64,000 bases of DNA from Octopus sinensis (taxonomy: Eukaryota), in contig NC_043008.1 in NCBI RefSeq assembly GCF_006345805.1, forward strand, positions 3,906,001 to 3,970,000, given 5' to 3'. The translations under genes and the position numbers were made by a program. Positions 1 through 12,167 of this stretch are shown piece after piece (the first letter of the stretch is position 1; each line of letters starts with the position of its first letter). The notes beneath the pieces are model-generated. The model saw nothing but the letters and a program-made list of their open reading frames with translations, searched no databases and was not told where the DNA came from.

Positions 1-104
1 GTAAAATTAGACTTCAGTGAAATTTGAACTGAGAACGTAAGAACCAACAAAATGCCGTTGAAGCTTTTTCCCCAGCGTGCCGACGATTCTGCCGACTCGC
101 CGCC
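1..104 (-). mobile_element. tRNA-related SINE family A, 5' part (cut by window edge)
   Basis: Reverse complement reads GGCGGCGAGTCGGCAGAATCGTCGGCACG...TTCTCAGTTCAAATTTC, matching the heads of the family A copies at 17190, 51584 and 61251. Confidence 0.8.
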
Positions 105-766
105 ATAATCAAGAAAATAACAAGAAACCGATGATAAATCGACGGTACCCAGCATGGCTGCAACCTCGGCCAAATGACTGAAATGAATAAAAGAGTAAAA
201 GAACTAAAGATATATCAACGGTATCCCAGCATGGCCGCAGTTGTTGGTTAATAACTGAAAATAGTAAAAGAATCGCCATACACAATTGAAACGGAAGACA
301 TTTATATATTTTATCGTGACATTTCATTAACCATGGTGATTTTGGTTATTGTTAGCCGGAAAAAACAACGACATTATTAAAATAAATAAATCAAAGCTGT
401 ACATTAAAACATAAATAACTAATAGACAACAACAAAAATAATATAAATAAACAAAATATAATAAAGCAAAACTTGTAACTTAATTGAAGAAGCGGTGTAA
501 AAATCAATGAAGACATTACATTGTTCTTTTAGTCAATGTTTAATTATGAAAAGTTTTTAATTGTCAATCATTTTTATGCTGTAAAGTTATTGTCGCGTTA
601 TTTAATTATCCTTCAAATCCTATTTGTCCGACTTAATTGGCCGTTCACTGCCCCAAGCACTTCCTTATGAAAGATATTCGATCGTATTTTTTCAGCCATA
701 TATTACGTCTTGCGCTACTCACTTAAAGAAAAATTTCCGTTAATAAAATATCGAGTTAAATGTACT

Positions 767-768
<2 letters not shown>

Positions 769-842
<74 letters not shown>

Positions 843-878
843 TTATTATTATCATTATTATTATTATTATTATTATGA
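769..878. repeat. Compound microsatellite (AC)n(AT)n(ATT)n
   Basis: Directly visible; explains ORFs 710..982 and 760..942. Confidence 0.95.
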
Positions 879-1479
879 ATCTTCTACGAGGCCTATTGAT
901 ATATTGGAAAATAAGACAATATTTTCCGATCGTATATACTGATTATATTTGCATTATGAGAATTGCCATAATGATGATTTGAAAAATCAACAGTGGTTTG
1001 CCAAAGTGCGTTCTTAGTTCACGTCGTTTCAAGGTCAAATTTGTCGTTCATCCTTCCAGAGGTCGATAAAATAAAGTACCAGGCAAATATTATGGTCGAT
1101 TTATATTCTTCTTATGCAGCATAGATGGGAACAAAATTATAAGAACAGACCAACAAGACATAATGTAATTAAAGACACACGCACAAATACGCACACACAC
1201 GCATACACGCTCAAATACGCACGCGCACACACACACAAGTATATACACACAGTTCAGTCTATTTCTTAGCAACCACTCGACTTGGCAAGAATATTTCGCA
1301 AGTCTACCATTAAATCACTTTCCACTTTCTTGAAAAAGAAGGAAACAAATATTGAACAAGACATACAAAATAAGAACATAGTTACCTCTGCAATGTATTT
1401 CGCCTAGTGAATCGGGGTTTGCCATGAGCTGAACTACAACTTGCTTTTATACAAATATACACACTGAGCCTGATCTTCT

Positions 1480-1640
1480 TTTAGCGGTTATTTCTTTCAG
1501 TCATTGCGCAGTGGCCTGACCATAACACTGATTTAAGGGTTCTTAGTCGAACAAACTGGCCACAGTATACTTATTCTGTTGGTCTCATTTGCCGAACAGC
1601 GAAGTTACGGGGACGAAACTAACCAATGCCAGTTGACTTT
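1480..1640 (-). mobile_element. SINE-like repeat family D fragment
   Basis: Shares GGTCTC(A/T)TTTGCCGAAC..C.AAGTTACGGGGACG with copies at 41655-41850 and 50495-50700, and in opposite orientation at 48395-48590. Confidence 0.65.
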
Positions 1641-1722
1641 GGGCAGATGTCTTCAGCTATAGTCCCGGACCGACCGAAGCTTATGAGTGGACTTGATAGA
1701 CGGAAGCTAAAACAATCCCGGC

Positions 1723-1768
<46 letters not shown>

Positions 1769-2737
1769 CTTTGTGCTCCCGCTTCGGGAGAAAGACAACA
1801 AAAAATGTAAAAATAAGTATAGAAGTATTTGTACAATTAAACAATTGAAGGCTCTGCTCCAGTATGGCCAAAATCCAATGAGTGAAACAAGTAAAAGATA
1901 AAATATACACGTATGTATGTGTGTGTGCATGCACGCACGCGTATGTGTAGCATACGAAACAAATAATGGATAAAGAAAACCATTATAAGAATAAGCTATC
2001 GAGAAACTTTGGCCAATGAATTTATAAATTCTTTGGTTAGAGTTGATGTTACTTCTTAACATCCAGAGTAACTCTATGATATTTTTAATGCAGTTTTAGC
2101 CGTGACTGGTCTGTCTCCTTTCTTCGGGCATTGTATATGGACCACTAAATTATTAAATATATTCTCCCATTCATTCTTTTCTCTTTTCTCTTTTTTTTTT
2201 TAAGACTCCAAGGTCTAATGTGAAAGAGGAAAGTTTCATTTTGGGTTCGATCCCAAAATTTTGGTAAAAAGAAATCATGTAGTGGTCTCCTCATTGGTTT
2301 ATTTTGTGGTGGCAGAGCTGTAGTGGTGCACTCTTTTCAAGGACGGAAAAAACAAACCACAGGAAGAAGGTCACAGAATGAAAGTTACAACTTTGACGAG
2401 CCAAGAAAAAAATCCACAAGAAAAATGTCACGTTTTATTTAAATATCATAAATAATATTTTAAGGCACTTATTAACTGACAATACAAGATTTGTAGAGAA
2501 TAATGCCACGACTTATGTAATCGCGCGAGACATGTGAAAAATAAATCACGTTTTATTTAATACCCTAAATAAAGAAGCGAACAAAGAAAACATTCAATCG
2601 AACATTTATTGAAGTTTTCCGTTGACATTTTTTTCCTGTGACTTTTTACGACTGAATTCATTTTGTTGTTGTAGCACTTGTTTAAATAACGACCTCAGTT
2701 GAACTCTGTTCAGGTGAAAGTTTGATGATTGCTGTTC

Positions 2738-3537
2738 CAGGATGCAAGGGGTATTTGGGGACATATTTGGGAATTTAATAAAAAACAAATCATTCCAATC
2801 TAGCAAACACCAAATGTTTCCTTTATGTTTCATTTATATGTCCTTTCAAATGCTACATGTTTTCAATTTGCTACATGTTATCAGTCAACTCCAGTCCAAC
2901 CCTGTTTCCATCTATGTTCTGGGAATGCCCTGTCCCTACAAACGCAACCTGAACCCAAACCTATTCGCGATTAGTATTCTTATAAAATTATCCTGTGGAT
3001 CCCCTTCAGCTTCGGTGACTTTCGTTGCGGGACTGGATTTATTGACACACCTGCTCTTCTAAGTGGCCCTTATTTATTTCGAACATCACCGGGGCAACAG
3101 GCTTTCGGTGAAGCTATTGTATTGTGGGGATTAGTTCCCTTTCCAAAACGCATCAAGCTACAAGTCCATGAGATTTAAATCTGGTGAGTTTGAAGGCCAC
3201 AAGATTGTCTGACAGCCATTCTTGGGTTACGTGTACTTTGGGAGAAGATGCCGTCCTTATATCACCCGAAAGTTTAAAGTGTTTATTTCTCTTTGATACA
3301 TTCTTGCCATAAGCTTCCAGTTCCATTCGAACTTTATGTAAGAAATGCCTTGCAACATTTAGAAAGTTGGCAATTTCTAATTCGTTGTGTTCCACACATA
3401 TGGCTTCAATAACAATACGTCTTCTCATTTTTTTCTATCTACCACAGGTTATCTGAAAGAATTAAAACATATTCTAATTGGCTTGAAGAGAGTAATATAC
3501 TGATAATAAAGTATCTTCAAATACCCCTTGCACCTTG
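2738..3537 (-). mobile_element. Internally deleted Tc1/mariner-superfamily DNA transposon (DDxD type, maT/DD37D-like), about 800 bp
   Basis: Imperfect ~30-bp TIRs: 2738 CAGGATGCAAGGGGTATTTG versus the reverse complement of 3518-3537, CAAGGTGCAAGGGGTATTTG; TA at 3538-3539. Minus strand encodes an HTH-like N-terminus (MRRRIVIEAICVEHNELEIANFLNVAR, from 3428), VTQEWLSDNL, and in another frame WPSNSPDLNLMD and a C-terminal KVTEAEGD-like motif. Confidence 0.75.
2820..2960 (-). mobile_element. Short copy of the putative LINE 3' region seen at 4290-4480, inserted in the Tc1-like element
   Basis: CCTTTCAAATGCTACATGT..TTCAATTTGCTA..CTCCAGTCCAACCCTGTTTCCATCTATGT aligns by eye with 4390-4461. Confidence 0.55.
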
Positions 3538-4284
3538 TATTTAGCCACGGGTATTGACTTATGGCTGAATAACTACAACAAAAATGAAACGGGAAGCAAG
3601 CGTTGTATATTTTATTGCTGTTTAGCTTCATGTTAGTTCTCATTGAACAGACAAATAATCGAAAGCTTCTAGTCAGTTCTTCAATAAATAAATGTAATAT
3701 ATATATATTTTCAAACAGAAATAACAAATTACATAAAAGTGTATGCCCTTTACTTAGGCACTTTTTTCAGTTCGCATGATTTAGTAATCTATGTGTGTAG
3801 CGTAAAATATGAGACAAGACAATAAGTAAAATGCTGGCTAAATTTCTTGTCATATAACAATATTCTTGAATATGTAATCGGGTAGATCAAGTAGATTTTT
3901 ACCCCACCCATATACATTTGGCTTTATGCCAGATCAAAGAAAATCCAAATTTCCGAAGCGTGTTATGTAAGGTATAAGTTATGAGCTTCTGCGTTTGATT
4001 CTATTGTAGTATTTGTGTGAAGAGGAAATTGTCCGCATTCAAAAATATAATCTGAAAACTCGCCCTCATAACTCTCTCAGCAATTCATTGTAAGTTCTAA
4101 CGTATAAGTTGAAAACGCACATCTAAATATCTGCTATATATAAAGCACCTACATATATACAAACATGTATACATATGCACATACACACACAAACACGCAT
4201 GCACAATGTCTGATTACTACCTATCTGTTCTAATATCTATTTCTGTAAGTAGGTTCTAAGGATGTGTGTAAGTGTGTCTGTCTG

Positions 4285-5500
4285 TTTATTGGTTTATTAA
4301 GACATTCTACGTTTTCAGTTTGCTATTATCACTCACCTCCAATCCAACTCTGTTGTCATCTATGTTTTCTCTACGTTTTACCTTTGTGTCCTTTCAAACG
4401 CTACATGTGTTCAGTTTGCTATTATCACTCACCTCCAATCCAATTCTGTTCCCATCTATGTCTCCGGAACGCTCTGTCCTTTCACACGCGGCCTAAAACC
4501 GTGCAACATTTTATTTTTCTGAACTCCTTTAGCACCATTAGCCATACTCAACATAAATCATTCTGACGCCTTCCGCAACCGTTGCAACATGTTCCCCTTT
4601 ATCCAGAACATAACCTCCTACATGGCTCGAAATTTTTGTTCCTGTGTACAACCCGGAATGCCACCTCTGTAGTTTATTTCAACATCGGAAAAATCGATCA
4701 GAGGTTAGCCGATTGTTTTAGGGAGCTGTTATTGAATTTCGGACGGAATAGCACGGATTACACAGATTTCTTACCGAACAATTCCAATATCCAGGCCATT
4801 CTCGCCAGTATTTCGTCGTCTGCTGCCTGGTGCATTCACATTGTACTCCCGTTCTCGGCTTCGTTGTGAATAATAGCTGACTTTTTGCTAAAATAAACAA
4901 AATCATCCCGTCTAGTATCTATTGCATTCCTCCATCTCCATATTCAATTATGCAGGTAAAAGGTTGCACACATACCCCATGCCAGTATCTTTTCCACCAC
5001 TTCACTCCATATCCACATAATTTGAGATGCTTTGTTTATTCTTTTCACGCACTTTTGTACTCTATGGCTATTCACACCACACGCACTATTACGCTGTATT
5101 CGTCCAAAATATTCCTTTCCTTCACTATTATGACAGCATCCTATAATATCAATGTCATCCAGTCCTGATTAGTTTTTTCTCCTTAACAATTAAGACTCTT
5201 TTATATAACAACACCATACCGTTCTATCATATTATTATTACACATTCGCATCAAACTTACCCACTATTTTACACCCATATACATACCCGTGCACAACATC
5301 TTTCACGCTGTAATTCTATTGTCACACATACATACTTTCCCAACCTTTAATTCTTTCTGTGCATCTCCGACATCAGTCCAAACTTTTGCCCTATCTTTTC
5401 TACAAACTCCACTAAATCTGAATGTTTCCTATCATTTATATTTGGTATGATTCTTTTCCGGTAATCCCACACTATATCTACTTCTTAAAGTTTGTTTTCT
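4285..5500 (-). mobile_element. Highly decayed L1/Tx1-like LINE 3' portion (tentative)
   Basis: Minus strand has fragmentary CVWCE...MWIWSEV...IWRWRNA, similar to the CxxC...W.IW..RN end of L1/Tx1 ORF2. It ends in AATAAACCAATAAA at about 4285-4298. A 96-bp-period internal duplication lies at 4314-4461. Confidence 0.35.
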
Positions 5501-6071
5501 TTCCTTTTGGCTGATTTGAAAAGAGACCTTTGTCGAGAAAATTGGTATTTTCCCCTTTTCTTTATAACGTAATGCATTGAGTTTGTACCCTTCTCGTTGC
5601 TTTTGCTCATGATTTACCTTAGATATACATTTGCCATGCTAGTGGATATGAAAAGAAGATTTACTGATACTGGATTTCTTTTATGTAATATTCTAATTAG
5701 TATGAAATTTATACTCTGTGGTAGGGCAATTCGTTAAGTATTCCAGTGTAGTAAATGGTAAATGTAGAGAATAAACGCAAATTTAGTTGTTTAACCAGGT
5801 CAACCATGATTGAGTTGACAAACAATTAAAGTCATTCCAGCTGTGATCATTTCGTGTTTGTTTTTCTTCACACAGAGTATGTTACGATTTATATTATCAA
5901 ATGTGTAAAGGTGTAATCTCCACGCTGAGATTAAGTCACTGATTCTAACCTATGTCATATTATTGCAAAGAATATGAGATAGGGAAGTCAAAATACCTGG
6001 CGCTAATAATTACTAACAACAACAACAACAATAAAAACAACAACAAAAATAATAATAATAATAATAATAAA

Positions 6072-6408
6072 ATGCCTTGATGCAATGCCAGGTGCTGGCT
6101 CATATGGTTTCTGATCTTAACTGATTGGAAGTGTTATCATGTACATTTTGTCTTGGTATAAAAGATGGACTACCGTAATATTCTGCTCAGTACAACAGAT
6201 TTTCTTGTCAGTTGTTCGACCATAACCAGTTAAGCATGTCCTTTGTGGCTGACGAGCAGGAGTAGAGAGGAGCATCATAGCCATGTGTTGAGGGGAATTC
6301 CGTGGGGGTTGAATAATTCACCCTTGGAAACAGTGGGTGTTTAATTCAAAATCTTTAAACAACCCTTATTCAGAGAACTTTTCAGCGGAATGAGCTACTC
6401 GATCTGAA
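6072..6408 (-). mobile_element. (TAA)n-associated non-autonomous retroelement fragment, same family as 23906-24406
   Basis: GGAAGTGTTATCATGTACATT..TGTCTTGGTATAAAAGATGG...AAACAACCCTTATTCAG is shared with 23906-24180; it abuts an (AAC)n/(AAT)n tract at about 6015-6070. Confidence 0.75.
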
Positions 6409-6480
6409 AAGTGAAACAATGAGCGTGGTGACGGTCACGTGAAGTGCATTAGCTTGACGCTCGGTGAGGGGAGAGTGTTT

Positions 6481-6508
6481 GACGTTTCGAGTATAGCCTC
6501 TTCCTCGG
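6481..6508 (-). ncRNA. Minimal type-I hammerhead ribozyme-like motif, variant core (unit 1)
   Basis: Minus strand: TTT-CCGAGGA-A-GAG-GCTATA-CTC-GAAAC-GTC-AAA (core, 3-bp stem II, GAAA, GUC triplet, TTT/AAA stem I). Core position U4 is C. Confidence 0.45.
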
Positions 6509-6779
6509 AAAGGAGAAAGAGAAAAGTCTAATGAAAGAGAAAATCGCCGACGGCACACGTGTAGTTGCAATGCTCATGACCACGTCCCATCTTCCGCCCT
6601 CCACCTTACTGCCACCAACATCATCCTCCAAACTCCCCGTACCTCCACCATCTATTTCCTTCAAAATAATCAATTCAAATAAACAAAGCAATTCAAATAA
6701 ACGATTAAGAAACAAAAAAAGGAAAACAACGAACGTGAGGACGTTCAAAAGTTTGACCCTCAGTGAAAAGAAGAAGTTT

Positions 6780-6806
6780 AACGTTTCGAATATAGCTCTT
6801 CGTCGG
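6780..6806 (-). ncRNA. Minimal type-I hammerhead ribozyme-like motif, variant core (unit 2)
   Basis: Minus strand: TTT-CCGACGA-A-GAG-CTATA-TTC-GAAAC-GTT-AAA; palindromic AACGTT at the stem III position. U4 is again C. Confidence 0.45.
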
Positions 6807-6968
6807 AAAGGAGAAAGGGGATAGTAAGAAGAAGGAGGAAGAGGAGGAGGGGAGAGGAGGGGAGGGGAGGGGGGGAGGAGGAGCGGGAGAAGAAGAAGAA
6901 GAGAAGAAGAAGAAGAAGAAGAAGAAGAAATCGCCAACAGCCCACGTGTAGTTACATTGCAAAGTTAA

Positions 6969-7287
6969 GGAGCGTGGCTCAGTGGTTGGTGTACTTTGCG
7001 CATGATCGTAGGTTTCAATCCCAGCGGCACTTTGTGTCTTTGAGCAAAAACATTATATTTCATGTTGTTCCAGTCCACTCAGCTGAAAACGAAAGGAGCA
7101 GAGCATATGTTTCAAGCGGCCAGCCTCGTCAAATTCTGTTTCGCGCTGAATTTCTCTGAGAACTACCCATTAAGGGTACGCGTGTTTGTGGAGTGCTCAG
7201 TCAATTGCACACTGATTTCAAGAGCAGGTTGTTCCGTTGATCCGGTCAACTGGAGTCCTTGTCATCGTATTCAACGGGGTCCCAGAA
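6969..7287 (+). mobile_element. tRNA-derived SINE family B, older diverged copy
   Basis: A-box-like GGAGCGTGGCTCAGTGGTTGG and B-box-like GGTTTCAATCCC; the 3' body GAGAACTAC..TTAAGGGTAC.CGTG..TGTGGAGTGCTCAG is shared with 33444-33826. Confidence 0.8.
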
Positions 7288-7334
7288 TATACATACATAC
7301 ATACATACATACACAGACATATATACACCAGGAT

Positions 7335-7487
7335 TCCACACAGTTTTTACCAAATTGCATTCCCGGCAAGTAGTGATTAACCTCCAGCTGTGGCTAACGA
7401 CAATTCTCCATGATATCTCCCGCTGCAAACAAACGTAAACTCACGTGGTTGCGATGTGAATTTTTTTGTTGAACCACACGTTCATAC
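7335..7487 (-). mobile_element. tRNA-related SINE family C fragment
   Basis: Reverse complement begins GTGTGGTTCAACAAAA..TCGCAACCACGTGAGTT and ends TTTGGTAAAAACTGTGTGGAATCC, as in 39718-39860. Confidence 0.6.
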
Positions 7488-7604
7488 CTTCACCACTTAG
7501 TGTATGTTTATATATGTAAATATATATCTCATTAATGTAAAAAGGTTAGTTTAAATACGTATGTAACTACATAGGTAATATACTAATGTTCTCGGGAAGA
7601 GAGA

Positions 7605-7627
7605 AATATTATTATTATTATTATTAC

Positions 7628-7691
<64 letters not shown>

Positions 7692-7760
7692 GTTGTTGTT
7701 ATTGTTGTTATTGGCGTTGCTGTTGTTGTTGTTGTTGTTTTTGTTGTTGGTGTTGCTATT
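7605..7760. repeat. (ATT)n/(GTT)n microsatellite
   Basis: Directly visible; source of the poly-N and poly-Y ORFs. Confidence 0.95.
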
Positions 7761-7966
7761 ATTTATGGACATATGTACTTAAGTACATAAGTATGTAATA
7801 GAGAATGTTCACTAATTATTGCTAGCCTATTAACAGCGTGTACTGATGCGAAAAAAAACCAACTCAGCTTTTTTTTTATATATATATTTCGAAATAATTG
7901 TTTAATCGCCTGTAACAAATGTGGATATCATCAATACACATATATATGTATGGTACATACATACAA

Positions 7967-8030
<64 letters not shown>

Positions 8031-9069
8031 TATATATATATGTATGTATGTCTGTATGTATGTGTGTATGTATACATATGTATTCATATATACATAGATA
8101 TGTATGTACGCGTTCAGAGATGTGTGTGTGTGTGTGTGTGTGTGTGAATATATAAGAATATATGCAGTGCATAAGTTTCCATGCATACATGTAATGGATA
8201 TTTAGTCTGGCTGAGCAAAGTACAGGAGTCTCTGGGCAGAATGATCGAGAGAATAACTCCGCTTGTTTTCGCTTGGTTATTTGCTTGCGCATTGGACGTA
8301 TCTACTTTATCCGTTCTGCATAGAAATAAAATACCTCTCGACTACTTCATAAAGATACATTTAGACACAATGTGGTTAAATCACACGACCATTCCTTCAG
8401 AACTTATCGGTGAAAGATTTAAAAAAACATAACTTAGTATATTTGCAATTTACCTACACACATGCTAAGTACACATATAAACATGTTTATGCGTACACTT
8501 ACACACATGCGCACGCACGCACACATACATATACACACACGTGTGTGTGTGTACGCGCGCTCGTATATATATATATATATAGAGAGAGAGAGGGGGGGGG
8601 GGAAGACAGACAGGCAGAGAGAGAGAATGGGGAATACAGGTATGGATATAACAAGACGGTCGTGGGTAGGTATTTCTGCATCAATTGGCGTACCCCAGAC
8701 AGTAAGCCTGACTTTTCCTTGAATGCTATGTCGACTGTGGAGAATAACTGAATCGTGATATTATCTTCCCTTCCCACATTGAACTATTTTCAGTTGCCAT
8801 TGGTAATTGTGACATAATTTTGACACACCAAGAACTTACGTCGCATGGCATTTGTCTATGTTGTTCATGTAGGGGCTACTTTGAGTTATATATCCCAGCT
8901 CATTTTTAATTAACTTATGCAAATTACCCAGGCTATATATGTACATAACATCCCAAAGGACAAAAGCTCTGTCTTGACTTAAACAATAATGCCTTGCTAC
9001 TTAGTGATTCGCTTGGATTCCGCATAGGAAAGACCTAAATTCATTTCAAAGAAGTAATTTACATGCATG

Positions 9070-9343
9070 CACGAATGTATGTATGTATGTATGTATGTAT
9101 GTATGTATGTATGTATGTATGTATGTATGTATGTATGTATGAATGTATGTATGTATGAATGTATGTATGCATGTATGCATGCATGCATGCATGTATGTAT
9201 GTATGTATGTATGTATGAATGTATGTATGCATGCATGCATGTATGTATGTATGTATGTATGTATTTATGTATTTATGTATGTATGTATGTATGTATGTAT
9301 GTATGTATGTATGTATGTATGTATTTATGTGTGTGTATGTATA
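9070..9343. repeat. (ATGT)n microsatellite
   Basis: Directly visible; ends at the TA target of the mariner. Confidence 0.95.
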
Positions 9344-10575
9344 TCAGGTCATTAAGAATGAAATGTCCGATGTTCTTTTGCACCAAGTTTGACAGTCGTT
9401 AAACTCTAATGTTTTATCCTGAGAATTCTTTGTTTTACAACAATGAAGAGTTACATCATCATTTTTCAAAATGCAATTCATGGTGTCTGATTGTATTTCT
9501 CTTGTAAATCAATGTTTGTGAACCCATGGATAGATCATAAATTCTTGTTGCTTATGAATATAAGTTCTGTCGTGGAACCAAGGCATCCCAGACAGCTCGA
9601 AACATCAATGAGGTGTATGGTGAAGATGTGGCGAATGAGCGCACTGTACGTCGATAGTTTGAGAAGTTCAGGTCTGGTGACTTTACTCTTGAATATCAGC
9701 CCCATGGTAGACCTGAGACCAAGATGGATAATGATGAGCTGGAAACTGTAGTGGAAGCGGATACATCTCAAACTACGCGTGAGTTAGCAGCAATGTTTGA
9801 CGTTTTGATTCCAACTGTACTGGACCATCAGAAGCTGGACAAGTGGATACCACACGAACTGAACGAGCTTCAAATGACACGTCATCTTGAAACTTGCTGT
9901 TCTTTGCTGTCACAGCATAAAAGAGAACCATTTTTGCATCGTATTGCTACGTATGATGAAAACTGGATGTTTTTCAGTAATAGCAAGCGTTCTGCACGGT
10001 GATTGGATAGTGCCAAAACACAATCCAAATAAGAATATTCACCAAAAAAAAGCTAATGATGTCTGTTTGGTGGTCCAGCGCTGGTGTCATCAACTATAGC
10101 TTCATGCGACCTGGTATGTCAGCTACAGCGGATGTATACATCAACCAATTAGATGAAGTAATGAACGGGCAATCAAACAACCGAGATTGGTCAATAGAAA
10201 CAGGTCAATTCTCTTGCAAGACAATGCTCGACCACATATTGCACAAAGAACACTACTCAAGTTACATGAACTGAACTTGGAAGTACTCTGTCATCCACCA
10301 CATTCACCAGACCTTGCACCAACTGACTATCACGTTTTCCAGACATTAGACAACTTTTTGTAAGGAGAAAAGCTTCAAATCTGAAGAAGATGAAAAACAA
10401 AAGCCTTTCGTGATTTCATCACCTCTTGCTCTCACTGTCGGCATGAATAAGCAACCTATAAAATGGCGAAATTGTAATTTAGGTGCATACTTTGATTAGC
10501 TGCATTGCCTTTTGTTGAGAGAAAGTAAAATAAACTTCCAGTTCAAAATCGAACATTTCATTCTTAATGATCTCA
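9344..10575 (+). mobile_element. Full-length (1232 bp) inactive mariner transposon
   Basis: 28-bp TIRs: TCAGGTCATTAAGAATGAAATGTCCGAT (9344) and ATCGAACATTTCATTCTTAATGATCTCA (ending 10575); TA on both sides (9342-9343, 10576-10577). Confidence 0.95.
9526..10499 (+). pseudogene. Mariner DD34D transposase pseudogene
   Basis: Motifs WIPHEL, IATYDENW, LQDNARPH and HPPHSPDLAPTDY with 34 residues between the last two Asp; ends GAYFD*. Several stops, frameshifts and small deletions. Confidence 0.95.
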
Positions 10576-12167
10576 TATGTATGTTCTTCTCTTCTGGGAA
10601 GTCTCCAAGTAAAGAAGGAACTCGTTTCTAACAAAGGCCCAAAGCGCCATCATTGCAATGTAGATAACAAAAACAATGTTACATGTTGAACTTCAGAAAA
10701 GTCTTACATGTTTTTACTGTTTCACGTATTTGTTATGTGCGTGTGAACTGATTGATTTCTTCTTCTGTATACATATATCTATATATATATATGTGTGTGT
10801 GGTGTGTGTGTGTGTGTGTGTGTGTGTATTTGTTTGTATGTATGTATGTATGTATGTATGTATGTATGTATGTATGTACGTATGCATGAGAAGCGTGGCG
10901 AACAACAAATTTTTGTTACATGGAAGAAATAAATTTTCTGCCATTTAAACCAGTCTCTGGACATGTTTTTACTAGTCCTTTACACAGAAGCGTACTGTAA
11001 AGGGTTAAACAACGGCATATCAAGGGTTAATAAGCTGTCTGGCGTCTTTTAAATATGAGCAGGATTGGTAGGTGATTCTATGCCAAAAGAAGCCGGAAAT
11101 ACCGAATGCGTGCAAAACAAATTGTTTACAAAACATAAGCGACAGCCACAGGGCCCGAACTTGGAGAAATCTATAACAATCTTGGGAAAGATAATCGATT
11201 ATCATACATAAGTGAATTAATAAATTGCAGAGATAACTGGAAATTATTCTATCATGCAAAACGCATTAGCGATGGTGTTCAATAAAAATTTTTTAAATAT
11301 AACCAATTTCGAACATTAGATGTTTTATTTCTATGTACTTAGACTTTGTTTATGAGTGTCTCTGTTTTAGCTAATTAATCGCACTACACTTGATATGTTT
11401 CATTTTTATTTAGCATTCTCGTTAATTCGTTTTGCATGATGGAATAATTCTCAAATTCTCAAGGTTCTCTGCGAAATATTTACTCTGTACTATCTATGTT
11501 ATATATATATATGTATGTATATAGGGCAAGTGTGTGTGTATGAACATATGAAGGTACATATAAGCAAATATGTATGAATATATGTGTGTGTGTGAATGCA
11601 TGTGAGTAGGTAGGTAGGTAGGTAGGTACGTTAGTGCGTAAGTACATATATATTCGAATACTACAAACCCAATATCCCTTTCCCTACTCCTGGCACAACT
11701 AATTCTCATTCATTCTTGCAGCTATTCCGCCGTCGTGGGACATGAAACATCGATTCAGACTTTTATATTCTTCTGGGGCCCTTTTTTTTTTGCTTCGCAA
11801 GCTCCCTGTTTGTTTTGAAATTTCCTAAATCAATTTAAAAGCCATCTTATTCCCGTCGGCATTTTCTGTAGTATATCTTATTACAAGTATGACATCTTCG
11901 ATAGTATTGTTTGAGCTTGAACTTTTCCAACCAACTCAACACAAACTGTAGCAGCCGTAAAAAGCTAAGTCGTATACTATCGATAAGCAAAATACGTCGT
12001 CTCTGAACTGAATAGTATTTATTTAAACTTGGAATATCTTTTGATTTTATTTGTAGATACTAACGATCAGCGTCAAGTTTGTAGGTCTTCCCTTTGTATC
12101 AATAAAAAATAAAAATGATCTACTAATCCACCAGAATTGTACCACTTCGCTTTCAAATCACATTCTA

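Larger units (their letters stand above)
6410..6958 (-). mobile_element. Tandem two-unit repeat resembling a Penelope-like element terminal repeat (pLTR)
   Basis: Two diverged units share TTT(G/A)ACGTTTCGA(G/A)TATAGC(C)TCTTC(C/G)TCGGAAAGGAGAAAG and GAAATCGCC(G/A)AC(G/A)GC(A/C)CACGTGTAGTT; the second is expanded by a GA-rich microsatellite. Confidence 0.55.

Noticed and set aside
6449-6962. Proline/serine-rich ORFs 6449..6937, 6531..6824 and 6705..6962
   Set aside because: Produced by the GA-rich low-complexity tract and the repeat unit; no domain.
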